A program made the position numbers and the translations under genes. A stretch of DNA of 63,997 nt, the filler included, from Octopus bimaculoides (lineage: Eukaryota), in assembly GCF_001194135.2 (NCBI RefSeq). It is 4 parts of 4 records of this genome, joined end to end, with 100 filler letters (N's around TTAATTAATTAA, not from the genome) between each part and the next. Parts side by side here need not be neighbours in the genome. Positions count along the whole stretch, not along the records: positions 31,230 to 60,889 come from NC_068991.1; positions 60,990 to 62,792 come from NW_026373535.1; positions 62,893 to 63,997 come from NC_068981.1; 1 more part is not named here. One strand, 5' to 3'. The notes beneath the pieces were generated by a model. That model worked only from the letters and a program-made list of their open reading frames with translations. It made no database searches and was not told the DNA's origin. Numbering within the stretch: position 1 is the stretch's first letter; every line of letters starts with the position of its first letter. This document shows positions 52,270 through 63,997 of this stretch, one piece after another.

Positions 52270-53850
52270 TTCAATGGAGAACACAAAAGATGTATTGTAG
52301 TGCAAAATGTGCCAATGCTCCCAAGAATGCTATAGAGCAGAAATAGAGGCAACTATATTCTACAAGTACATCAAACTTGAAATTAGACATGTAGACAACA
52401 AGCTGAAAGTTCTCTGGAAGAAGTATTGGGTACACTTGGTACGTAATAAGGGCAAGGTATTCGGGACATTTCTGCATCATGTACCAATGACGAACAGTCA
52501 GGAGGGCTATCGACATCTCTGAAGACTATGTATTGCTGCTTTCCAATGTGGGCAAACTTGTGACTAAATTCACCGTATATGACACATCTCTCTATTCAAA
52601 CATCCAATACATACAAGTCTAGAAAAACCTACGGGCTGAAATCAAGTCCAAGTCAACCATTCCCCAAAACTGATCTGGAATCCAACTAGAGCTCCGATTG
52701 GCGCTCACTTCTGCATTTTTCTCAACAGTTCCCGACTGCATTCACCTAGGCAGAAGAGATCAGATGGGAGTTGTAGTAACACCGGACACCAGAGGACCGA
52801 CTATCCTCCAGAGAGAAAGAAGAGTACAATCTTGTGCCAACACCAGAAACAGTAGCGCCACAGTAACAGCTTTAATAGAAGACAAAAACAGTGGCAGCAC
52901 CACCAGTAATCACAACAGCAGAAATTCCCACAACAGCAAGAAGAAGCTGCAGGAATCAAAGTAATGAACACTGCAGCCCAGAATAAAGGTTTCACTACTA
53001 TCCCTAAATGCGCCATGGCAATGTATAGGTTTAGCCGATCAGTTTCAACTGTCTTATTGATGTCGATTGAATATCCCGAAAACACTAACAATTCCATCTT
53101 ATCCAGATCTACCAAGAAGTATTATTTGTTAGAACACTTAGAGGGAACAAAAGTTTGTGGTTTATATGACCAACCCACACAAGATATATAGACAGAAAAC
53201 CAGCATTCAAAAATGTTTAGGAAAAATTTTACAAATTACGGCCTCTTTGCTCCTTTTCTCAGTCATTTATTTGCTTATATAACTGGGGTTTAGCCTGTTC
53301 TGATGTCATTTGCAGTGAACGTCTACCAAGACGTCAGTGAACATGTTCGACATATATGCATAAAACTCATTTACAAGCACTACCACTTAGCACAGTCCTC
53401 GTCTCAGCTGATATCATTGGCTTTTTGAGCATTTCGTATCTTTTGCGATCTGCAGTAGACTGTTTACTATCCCCCAAACGGTTGGGAAATGTGCTGGTAG
53501 AAAGCGGCACACACCAGTCCGGAATCAATTAAATAATGTTTGTCTCAGTCTGACAAACATTGAATTGTGCTTCTACCATCCGAACCCTTCTCATGGCTGT
53601 CGATCGTATATATCGTAAATCACACGCTGCGTGTTACGCGTGGGAGAAAAAAACCGAGGACCATTCTCGCTGCCAGCACATTGGTCACTTTGTCTTTCAT
53701 AACCACCTCTTCTAATTTGCTCTGCTATTGCTTTGCTTAATCATATAAATTCTACTCGGTCACTTCAAAGTGTTCTTCAAAGTGTTTATTGAGTATTGCA
53801 TTTGTCAACCAACGCCCAGTTACTCCACTAGGCCGGTCACTTCAGATTTT
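52270..53850 (+). mobile_element. Heavily decayed LINE (L1/Tx1-like ORF1 plus APE), tentative
   Basis: Residual protein-like frames and APE-like motifs (xxADII, QSGINxIMFVS) broken by many stops. Confidence 0.35.
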
Positions 53851-54061
53851 GCACGTTGATCAACTCCCATCACTAATTCATGTAAGAAACGCCACCTCTT
53901 TTCTACAACGGCTTTAACTCTAATAGAAAAACTATATAACAACGCTTGTTATTTTGTTAGGAATTACTGTGTACGGAATAATGCATGCATGTATGTATGT
54001 ATGTATGTATGTATGTATGCATGCATGCATGCCGGCATGTATGTATGCATGTATGTATCTA

Positions 54062-54096
<35 letters not shown>

Positions 54097-54186
54097 ATAT
54101 ATATATATATATATATATATGATTAATCGTTGACCAAACACCATTCAATTTTTTTCTCCGTGTTTTTCTCCTTGTTTTCTCCGTAT

Positions 54187-54223
54187 TCTTTCTGTTGAAG
54201 AGCGTAGCTCGAAACGTTAAAGA
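54187..54223 (+). ncRNA. Minimal hammerhead-like motif, non-canonical core CUGUUGA
   Basis: tcttt CTGTTGA A GAGC-GTA-GCTC GAA ACGT T aaaga. Confidence 0.55.
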
Positions 54224-54312
54224 CTTTCTGTATTTCCGAGCGTCAAACTAATACATCCCTTTGTTGTTTACACCACCTGTCCTCGTCTGTTATTTTTTTT
54301 TCGTACATTCTC

Positions 54313-54357
<45 letters not shown>

Positions 54358-54358
<1 letters not shown>

Positions 54359-54460
54359 GAGGGGTGTATGAAAATTTTGAGCCTTGAAGTCTTGTAGCTT
54401 CATCAGAAGTCTTGTACCATGATTTTTTTTTGAGGCTCAAGACTTTTCATACACCCCTCA
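54358..54460. mobile_element. Very short mariner-type MITE in a (TA)n tract
   Basis: CGAGGGGTGTATGAAAATTTTGAGCCT and AGGCTCAAGACTTTTCATACACCCCTCA are inverted termini flanked by TA. Confidence 0.85.
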
Positions 54461-55479
54461 TATATATATATCATATAAGCAATGTTAAATCTCTGAACGA
54501 TATATATATATTGTATTTTTTAATTATTATAAATTTTCCACTAAGGAGGGAGCCGGTTTTCAACAAAGATACAAGGCTTCAACTTTGGGATGTAGTTAAC
54601 ACAGACAAATTTACATTTGGAACTTGAGAAAATTCTTGCATATTATTAGTGCTCAACTCACATGTTTCACTTGTAATGTACGAAGTAGCCGTTCGATTTC
54701 TAACCGAATATCTCAGTTTATCCAGATTCTGCATGTATGTATTCATGTATGTATGTATGTATGTATGTATGGATGGATGGATGGATGGATGGATGGATGG
54801 ATGGATAGATGGATGGATGGATGCATGCATGCATGCATGTGTGCATATATGTATGTACATACACACATACACACATAAACACACTTATGTATATATCTTT
54901 TCTATTTGCATACAAAGATACATAATGCTTGTCTCTTGCGTCTGAGAAAGACGGATTAGCAATTACTTGCTGAACAACCAGCATAGTTGATTTGTTTACA
55001 GTGATCAAATAATTGTGTTACTTGGGACAACTTACATGCTATAGAGGGGGCTGTCAATGAGGTGACATCTTTCCCAGAGCACCTCAGGTTCATAGTTGGA
55101 ACCCCGCTCTACAGGATATAAAACAGGAAGTACAAAAGGAATAGGAACGCGTAATAATAATGATGATAATGATGGTTTCAAATTTTAAGCTCCCTTCCTC
55201 TATCAAATTTACATTACTTGTGCTGGTGCACGGTGTGCCACATGTCATGCCGAAATGATCGCAGAGCAAGGTGGGATTAAACGTTTTGCTCAAGAACACC
55301 TCGCAGAGCCTGATCCGGGAATCAAATCCATGATCTCGTGATATATATATATACACGTTTCATTTTTATATATTGTGTGATTAAACACGTTCACACTCTA
55401 TACTTTTATGAATACATGAATACATATATACATGTGTGTGTGCATGTGTTGAAATAGATAGATAGATAGATAGATAGAC

Positions 55480-55541
<62 letters not shown>

Positions 55542-56018
55542 TGAGAGTGGAGGATAGATAGATAGATATCTATCTATCTATCTATCTATCGATAGATAGA
55601 TAGATAGATAGATAGGGAGAGAGAGAGAGAAAGACAGACAGATAGAGATAGGAGCAAACAAATGGAAATATATTTGTGCATGTGTGTGAGTATGTGTGTA
55701 TGTATGTGTGTGTGTGTACATGTGCGTAAGAGGAGAAAAATAGGGCAGGCGAGAAATAGTTTTGAATACCAAACAAGACCGATCGTTGGTGTTCATTAAT
55801 GGAGATATTTTGAGCTGTCATCAAGTAAATAAGAAGCAAACTATATAGAGAAATTGTCTGGCTGAAGTATTTTACGTAAATAACTGGAAATAGCAAGGGA
55901 ACTTTTGGCAATCAGATTCTTTTTTTGTACTGAGAATATTTGCTTATTTTGCAAGGAACGGTTTCAGGATATCTGTCTATATGTCAATACACGTATGTAT
56001 GCATATACATACATACCT

Positions 56019-56088
<70 letters not shown>

Positions 56089-56228
56089 ATTTGTTCACCT
56101 GCGCACATATGTGAGTGCTTTACAATATGTTTGTATAAGCGTATGCTTGCGAACACGTGCTTATGTGTGTGTGGTATTTGAGAGTGTCTGTATACAAATA
56201 ATATTTGTACGTATATATACATTCATGC

Positions 56229-56269
<41 letters not shown>

Positions 56270-59200
56270 AACATACATATATGCCTCTTGAACGACTGAA
56301 GAAGGTATGTCCACTGACTAAATGAATATACAAGCAATAGGTTTCTAAATTCTATGAACAGTAATACCGTAAATTCCAGGAGGGCGTCGTCTCTTTCTCA
56401 CATATTCGGAAACCTGGGCTGTTTACAGACACCTTCGAGACTGAAAACGTTTCTCGATTAAATGGATACAGAAAGAGGGGTGCCGGGATCAAGCCCAAAC
56501 TGGCATTTACAGATCCGCGTGTGGTGGGGATGCTTTGCTTGTTTTAGATTCTTTGTAACTCTTTACCTCCTATTTATGTACCTATTATATANNNNNNNNN
56601 NNNNNNNNNNNNNNNNNNNNNNNNNNNNNNNNNNNNNNNNNNNNNNNNNNNNNNNNNNNNNNNNNNNNNNNNNNNNNNNNNNNNNNNNNNNNNNNNNNNN
56701 NNNNNNNNNNNNNNNNNNNNNNNNNNNNNNNNNNNNNNNNNNNNNNNNNNNNNNNNNNNNNNNNNNNNNNNNNNNNNNNNNNNNNNNNNNNNNNNNNNNN
56801 NNNNNNNNNNNNNNNNNNNNNNNNNNNNNNNNNNNNNNNNNNNNNNNNNNNNNNNNNNNNNNNNNNNNNNNNNNNNNNNNNNNNNNNNNNNNNNNNNNNN
56901 NNNNNNNNNNNNNNNNNNNNNNNNNNNNNNNNNNNNNNNNNNNNNNNNNNNNNNNNNNNNNNNNNNNNNNNNNNNNNNNNNNNNNNNNNNNNNNNNNNNN
57001 NNNNNNNNNNNNNNNNNNNNNNNNNNNNNNNNNNNNNNNNNNNNNNNNNNNNNNNNNNNNNNNNNNNNNNNNNNNNNNNNNNNNNNNNNNNNNNNNNNNN
57101 NNNNNNNNNNNNNNNNNNNNNNNNNNNNNNNNNNNNNNNNNNNNNNNNNNNNNNNNNNNNNNNNNNNNNNNNNNNNNNNNNNNNNNNNNNNNNNNNNNNN
57201 NNNNNNNNNNNNNNNNNNNNNNNNNNNNNNNNNNNNNNNNNNNNNNNNNNNNNNNNNNNNNNNNNNNNNNNNNNNNNNNNNNNNNNNNNNNNNNNNNNNN
57301 NNNNNNNNNNNNNNNNNNNNNNNNNNNNNNNNNNNNNNNNNNNNNNNNNNNNNNNNNNNNNNNNNNNNNNNNNNNNNNNNNNNNNNNNNNNNNNNNNNNN
57401 NNNNNNNNNNNNNNNNNNNNNNNNNNNNNNNNNNNNNNNNNNNNNNNNNNNNNNNNNNNNNNNNNNNNNNNNNNNNNNNNNNNNNNNNNNNNNNNNNNNN
57501 NNNNNNNNNNNNNNNNNNNNNNNNNNNNNNNNNNNNNNNNNNNNNNNNTCCTAAAGAGAAAACGTGCTTTTGCCTGTCTCTTCTCAAAGCTTGTTTCTCC
57601 AGCGTTCACCAATTCACCTTGTTATGGCTTAACAGCCCTTACCGTTTGTTTTTACTGTTTTGTTCTCACTGTCCTGTTTTTGTCACCACTTTAACCCTCA
57701 GCAAATCCTAATTTTTTTTAAAATTTGCTTTGTGGGAACGACTGTCTTAACGAAGTCGCATCTTATCCCTACGTTCGAAACGCGGAGGAGATAAAACAGG
57801 AGACAACTGATGAAGGGAATGTTCTTTCTGTTGCCTGTCTCATTTCTCTATTTGTTTCTTTCGTTGTTCGAAAAAAAGTTCGTTTTCCATGTTTTCGTTT
57901 TTTATCTTCTCGTTTCTCATTTTGTTCATGTTTTATTAGACGTCCTGTACCTATATATGCATGTATATATACATATATATATAGATATGTACATATATGT
58001 ATGTATATATGCATATATATATATACCTTATTTATATTATTATACGTTCGAACGCCACGCATCCATTTCTAAGTGTAACGCACACATAAATGCATAAAAA
58101 ATAGATGTATTTTCGTAATACTAATAAGGGAACTCAAAGTTTTCATTTCGGCCACGCTTTAGAACCTATCGTTAAGTAATGGGGTTTTGAACAGAAGATC
58201 GTGTTGTGTATCTCCTAACCACTAAGCCACGCGCCTGTTAAAATATATAATATTAAAAAATGATTCATAGAATTGAATATGCTCGCTCCTTTCCTTGTCT
58301 GACTCCTTGTTTCATTTATCTATAAACGTACCTCTACTCAAGACCTTGTAAAACTTTTATGTTACACGTTGCAGTATACATGAAAGTGTTCTTGTGGTAG
58401 AATAAAAAAAGCTATTATTGTTATCATTTTTGCTTCTTATCATCATTGTCACTATAATTTGTTCAGTAATTTTAGGTATCTACTGTATTTTGGGGTGCAT
58501 CTCCCTATTACTGGGATGTGTGCAGCGATATATTTTGTGCGTGTTTGTGGGAGCGGGGTGAATTAAAAGCTGTCTGCATGCTACATCCCTGCTTTGTGTG
58601 GTATTTGTTTTGCTACTTTTCTGCTTGTTTGGTTGTGTAAAGTATGTGTAGAGTGCGATGTGTTTTGGTGGGCGTTGATTATGTATCTTGGCGTTTGTAT
58701 GATTGGCGTTATGTATTTTAGTATCAGGCAGTGATTGCGGTGAGTCTGAGGTATGCTGCTTATGCGGTGTAGAAATTGAGCTGTGTGACTTGTAAGTGCT
58801 GTAATATTGGGTAACAGAGGCGTGGGAATTGTGTAATTTAATTGAGTTTTGATCGTGTAGAGTATGTTTTGTGAGTTTTGTTGGAGCTGTCATTTGTTCA
58901 CCTGGTTAATGAATTGTCGCATTTCATTTTATTGATTATTAGAAAAAATTCCATTGTGTGAGGAGGTGAATTACTTTCCCTCCCAAAGGGAGTCAACTCG
59001 TCTTGTTTAAAGTGAAATATTTAGGTTTGTAATTTTCTGAAATCTGCATGGTGTCCATTATAATAGCAAAAGAATTCAATGGCGGAAACCCCGAAAAANN
59101 NNNNNNNNNNNNNNNNNNNNNNNNNNNNNNNNNNNNNNNNNNNNNNNNNNNNNNNNNNNNNNNNNNNNNNNNNNNNNNNNNNNNNNNNNNNNNNNNNNNN

Positions 59201-59324
59201 NNNNNNNNNNNNNNNNNNNNNNNNNNNNNNNNNNNNNNNNNNNNNNNNNNNNNNNNNNNNNNNNNNNNNNNNNNNNNNNNNNNNNNNNNNNNNNNNNNNN
59301 NNNNNNNNNNNNNNNNNNNNNNNN

Positions 59325-59362
<38 letters not shown>

Positions 59363-60666
59363 AATACTAATGTATATATGTTTTAGTGTGTGTATATGAG
59401 TGTGTATGTATATATGTATCTGAATATGTTTCGGTTGTCCAATAATTACAAAGAAATAACGGGAAAAGCCATACACCAGACCAACATAAATAAAAAAAGG
59501 TAACTAAATCAGGAACCGCAACAGTATCAGCAACAACACCATAAACAACAACAACAACAACAACAACGACAACAGTAACATCAACAACATGAAAACTTAC
59601 AAGTATAATAAGCTTAGTAAAAATAGATAATACAGAGAAAAGCAGTATGGGGTCTTTGGTGCTCAAGATTCAGGTACAAGATCTCTCCTCCTCCGAGAAA
59701 TCTGAGGAGTTGGAACTGGTTATGATAGTAATCGAGGTAGTGTCGCTAGTGATGATCATGTGTGGCTAAATTGTTGCAGCTGTTACAGTTCATCTGCACA
59801 TACTAGTTAGCTGTGCAAATGCGTGTGATCTGCACCCACACGCCCGCAAAGTCACCTATTTAACGATCTCATGTCGCTATTTAGACTTTTACTGTGCGAG
59901 GGATATGCATCATTGAGATCAAGCGATATTCCAGGATGTGGACAGCAAAGGAGTAGTCCAGGACATGAAGAGCAGCGAATGCAGCGCGTTTAGACAACAG
60001 TCCGATACAGGTCTTCAGATTTTTTCAGCCGTCCGGAGGCATTTTCGCTCATTAATGTTACTGGATGTCTGAAATGGAATTTTCAATGTACATTGTGATT
60101 GTGTACAAATAGCCGGCGGTATTTATAAAAGCTCGCAAACCTCTTCAGATGGTTGCAAGAATTTGACTGGAAAGAAAGGGGTGTTCTGAATGCGCAAGTA
60201 TGAATTTGGACAAAACGTACCAAATCATTCAGCTAGTACCTCGATATGCATGCTAGTACTTCGATATGCATGCTGTCAGGCGAGAGAATATGAACAGAAT
60301 AAGGGATCTAAGGTTTCGATCGGTCGTTTAGATGTGACCTAAAAACAGATTCTAAATAGCTACTAACAGAATGTATATTCTTCAACGACTACAGTTATGA
60401 AGCAATTATTTTGGAGCTCATGGATCGATCGTCACGAACTGGAGATAGATCTCTCAGAAGAGAGTTGGTGAAGTTAGAATAAATAAGATTTAGCAAAGAA
60501 GTAGTGATGCAGCACAATAAATTACAGTTAGGGGTTAACCATCAGACTTTAAGTCATGAGTAGATGTATTTAGAGCAACCTATATTTTAATAAATATTTA
60601 AATTTGTTATGAATATTAACTGAGTATGCTGATTGTCTTGGTGGTTAACTTACAACATATTATGTA

Positions 60667-60708
<42 letters not shown>

Positions 60709-60709
<1 letters not shown>

Positions 60710-60799
60710 TAGCAGAAATACCCGGCGTTGCCCGGGTTAAAGAGAATAATGAAATCTAAAAACGCCGTCTAGACTACGCATCATCTTTATATATAGAGA
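60709..60799 (-). mobile_element. 91-bp non-autonomous Helitron
   Basis: Minus strand: A|TCTCTATATATAAAG...CCCGG-GCAACG-CCGGG hairpin...CTAG|T; AT target, no TSD. Confidence 0.85.
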
Positions 60800-60989
60800 T
60801 GTATATACACACACGCACCCAAACACACGTATATATATGTATATCAATATAAATATATGAAAGTCAATGAAGTTTCGTAAAAGAACGTGNNNNNNNNNNN
60901 NNNNNNNNNNNNNNNNNNNNNNNNNNNNNNNNNTTAATTAATTAANNNNNNNNNNNNNNNNNNNNNNNNNNNNNNNNNNNNNNNNNNNN

Positions 60990-60999
<10 letters not shown>

Positions 61000-61031
<32 letters not shown>

Positions 61032-62050
61032 GAATAAAAGCAACGAACCCCAAAGGATCAATATAATCCCAATGAAGAATGATAACACCAAGCCATATAA
61101 CTTAAGAAAATCGTACAGAAATAACCCCAATAAAACTGACATTAACAATAATAAAAATATAATTAACTATAGAAATAAATATAATAATCGTAATAGCAAC
61201 TTTACACTCTACACGAACGCTGAGGATAGCATTTACACCAAAAATAATAATACTTAAAATAAACGAAATAGCGATAAGATCTGGTTAATAATCCCCTTCG
61301 CGATGCAGCTTAAATCTAACATAGTTCACTCCATAATGAGACTTATAGATAAGCACTTGAACCTAAATAACAAATACTCGGGAATCTTTAAGAATAAAAT
61401 TAGAGTAGGCCATAGCCTAACTAGTAACCAAGCTACCATCATAGCCTCGATCAACAGTAATAAGCTAGACGCCTTGAACGAAACTAGGAAGAATACCGAC
61501 ATAAAACATAACTGCCAACAGGTAAATGGAATAAATCTCGTCCCTAATAACTCGCCCTCAAACAACACGGACAACGACTTGGTAAATGATAACCCTCACA
61601 ACATAACACAAGCACAAATAAACTGAATAATTTATGTGGCTGCAGAGACAGAAATGTATCAATTTTCCAATAGGTGTAAAACAAAAAACGTAATATACCA
61701 ATGCGATATACTCACAAATAACCATACGAAATCTTACATAGAGGCCACGAAAAATGAACTGACACTTAGATACAATTCCCACCAATCTACATTTAGAAAT
61801 AGAAGTAAAGTAAGCTCTACAGGACTTAGTAGCTACATCTGGAAATTAAAAGACAAAAAAAAATCAGCTATAGTTTAGACTGGCGTATCCTAGCAAAAAC
61901 TTCTTCTTGTACTATTAGCAATAAGCACTGTGAGCTTTGTATAACAAAGAAACTACTAATTTTAATGGCCAAATCACCTCTACTCAATAAAAGATATGAA
62001 AATATTTCATTTTGTTTGCATGAAGGCCGATTCATATTCTCTAAGTTTCG
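61000..62050 (+). mobile_element. Second Penelope-like element: Asn-rich linker plus GIY-YIG endonuclease, decayed
   Basis: PFAMQLKSNI...IDKHL...KIRVGHS; CKTKNVIYQC...KSYIEAT...RYNSHQSTF...LSSYIWKLK...CELC. Confidence 0.85.
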
Positions 62051-62399
62051 TTGAACCCGCTCATTCCTATATACACCACAATCTCTTAGCTTAAATGTTA
62101 TTAGCAAACCTACTTATCAGCGTATTACTCCCCCCTTAACCTTTCTGAACCTAAGTGGCTTACGCATATCCAATCCACATTATAAATAAATAAAAATAGC
62201 TCTATCCTACCCCAAACCACAATATCACTAAATAATTAATAAACCTAATCTACGCTAGCTTACCTTTTTCCTATAATTCTTTTCCGTTGAGAACTACAAA
62301 CTCTTTTTACACATTAAATTACCCCTCTTCTATCTTTTTCTTTTCCTTTTCATTGCACATAAATATCATTCCGAGACTTTGTCTTTACACGCTAAATCG

Positions 62400-62730
62400 T
62401 ACTTCAGCTAGAGTTGGTAGTGTAGAAATTGAGAAGAACGTAATGGAGAGCGTCCAACAAATAGCTAACGCCATCCACCAAAGTATCAAGGTAACTATAG
62501 ATTACCCCACTAAGCACCCCAACAATAGACTCCCGGTAAATGATTCTGAACTTTGGTAAGAAACTGTGAACAATAGAGTGCAGCTCCTCCACTCCTATTA
62601 CATGAAACCCATAACTTCAAAATATGTTGTTCCCAAGAACTCAGCTTTGTCACACATGAAAATTAACATACTGATAGAAGACTTAGTTAGAATAATGAGC
62701 AATGTGTCCCCACTATGTGAACCCTATGAA
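62400..62730 (+). mobile_element. PLE RT-thumb fragment of a different family (Neptune-like wording)
   Basis: IANAIHQSIKVTIDYPTKHPNNRLPV...YYMKP...SAL..MKINIL..DLVRIMSN. Confidence 0.65.
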
Positions 62731-62748
62731 ACGAAAAAAACAAGTTGC

Positions 62749-62792
<44 letters not shown>

Positions 62793-62892
62793 NNNNNNNN
62801 NNNNNNNNNNNNNNNNNNNNNNNNNNNNNNNNNNNNTTAATTAATTAANNNNNNNNNNNNNNNNNNNNNNNNNNNNNNNNNNNNNNNNNNNN

Positions 62893-63000
62893 CATAGAGG
62901 AGCTCCCAGGGGCAACCTGTCTTGAACTCCCCTGTGATTGCCTGGTGGACTATGATAAATAAGAGGGGGCTGAGGACGGAACCTTGGTGGACCCTACCTC
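62893..63000 (-). mobile_element. RTE-like LINE RT fragment
   Basis: Minus frame: VGVHQGSVLSPLLFIIVHQAITGEFKTGCPWELLY. Confidence 0.85.
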
Positions 63001-63796
63001 TACCCGGAATTCCTACCTCTTATATATATGCCACTAAAGTAAACAATGGCACTAAAATTGTGAATTAGCCACCTATATTATTTATATATTTCGTTATATA
63101 TTATTTATTTTGTTATATATAATTTCTATATTTCGTTATATAATATCGTTGCTATTATGCAAAAGTGTCGTAAGTCCAAAACGTTGCTTTTTTCAGAAAA
63201 CGAGAAAATAGTTTCACCATTCCATAGCAAAACTATTGGCAATTTTTCATATCTTGGCATCTGAAGATACGATAGTTTGACAAAAAAAAACTGGCTATTG
63301 CAATCAAAATAAATATTGAAAAAAAAAAAACGCATTTGGCCAAATTTGGACATACGGCAGTTTAACATAATAGCAATGAAATGAAAGATAAAACGATAAA
63401 AAATATCAAACATGTAAAGCCCTTGGGACTTGGAGACAATTCTTTCTACAATATCATCTTCCCAAATAATTGAAATAACCAATTTGCAATTGTATTGTAT
63501 TCAGTTGTTTGGTTATGATTAAATGAGTGTGGAGGTCGTTAAGTAATCTGCATTATACAATGGATGATACGATATCATTGTCCTTATTTATATCTATTAC
63601 ATGCATAACATTTGATTTGTCATCCACTTGTTGTTGAGATCATTGTAAACCATTGGAAGAAATGTAACGCCAGCAACTCTGTTCTTCACTTAATGCACGC
63701 ACGCACATGCAAACACACACACACACACACACACACGTGCACGCATACACACACACACAGGCACATGTATTACGTTAATGTTAGTCTTTATGTTCA

Positions 63797-63847
63797 TCTA
63801 TATATATAAAAATGAGAATGTGTGTCTGTCTGCCGGTCTGTCTGTCG

Positions 63848-63897
<50 letters not shown>

Positions 63898-63997
63898 GTG
63901 AATCCCTAAAACTCGAGAACTACGCAACCAATTTCATTCAAATTTTACACATGCCTTACTTAGGGTTCCAGTTATGTTTTAGTCAAAAAAAATTATT
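63797..63997 (+). mobile_element. 5' part of a non-autonomous Helitron/Helentron-type repeat, cut by the window edge
   Basis: A|TCTATATATATAAAAATGAG start followed by a (GTCT)n tract. Confidence 0.6.

Noticed and set aside
57740-57840. GAAACGCG followed by CTGATGAAGGG as a further hammerhead
   Set aside because: The core halves are in the wrong order for type I and no stem III/UH or stem I can be built; at most a decayed pLTR-like repeat.
59750-60150. Possible decayed APE endonuclease on the minus strand (IGDFAG, HDH)
   Set aside because: Only two short motif echoes amid stops; insufficient support.

Overview
AT-rich, microsatellite-dense eukaryotic DNA from a gapped draft assembly. The tRNA-derived SINE families and repeat content suggest an octopod cephalopod (inference). 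Most of the window is decayed transposable elements: three SINE families, R4/Dong-like, L1/Tx1-like, CR1-like and RTE-like LINE fragments, three Penelope-like (PLE) fragments, a Ty3/Gypsy internal region, a TSD-bounded hAT element, a probable CMC/Chapaev-type transposase remnant, mariner MITEs and Helitron-type minis. One host gene is recognisable on the + strand: a signal-peptide plus PAN/apple-like protein with exons at 6333-6657, 8665-8784, 9283-9374 and 13962-14113. Its exon 2 has an in-frame stop, compensating frameshifts and a 12-nt duplication. A decayed tandem paralog has remnants at about 26.4-29.2, 39.7-40.0 and 41.8 kb. The main result of the hunt is six type I hammerhead-ribozyme motifs in three families, read by eye. 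One has a fully canonical core (32961-33022, minus strand). One inverted pair shows compensatory change in a palindromic stem III (12397-12454, 12580-12636). One short dispersed family has a shared non-canonical CUGU core (23536-23573, 54187-54223). Several fold-back palindromes and a MITE with an outward-facing telomere-repeat hairpin are also present. No prokaryote-type features such as CRISPR or rRNA were seen. All family assignments come from motif recognition by eye, not from database searches.
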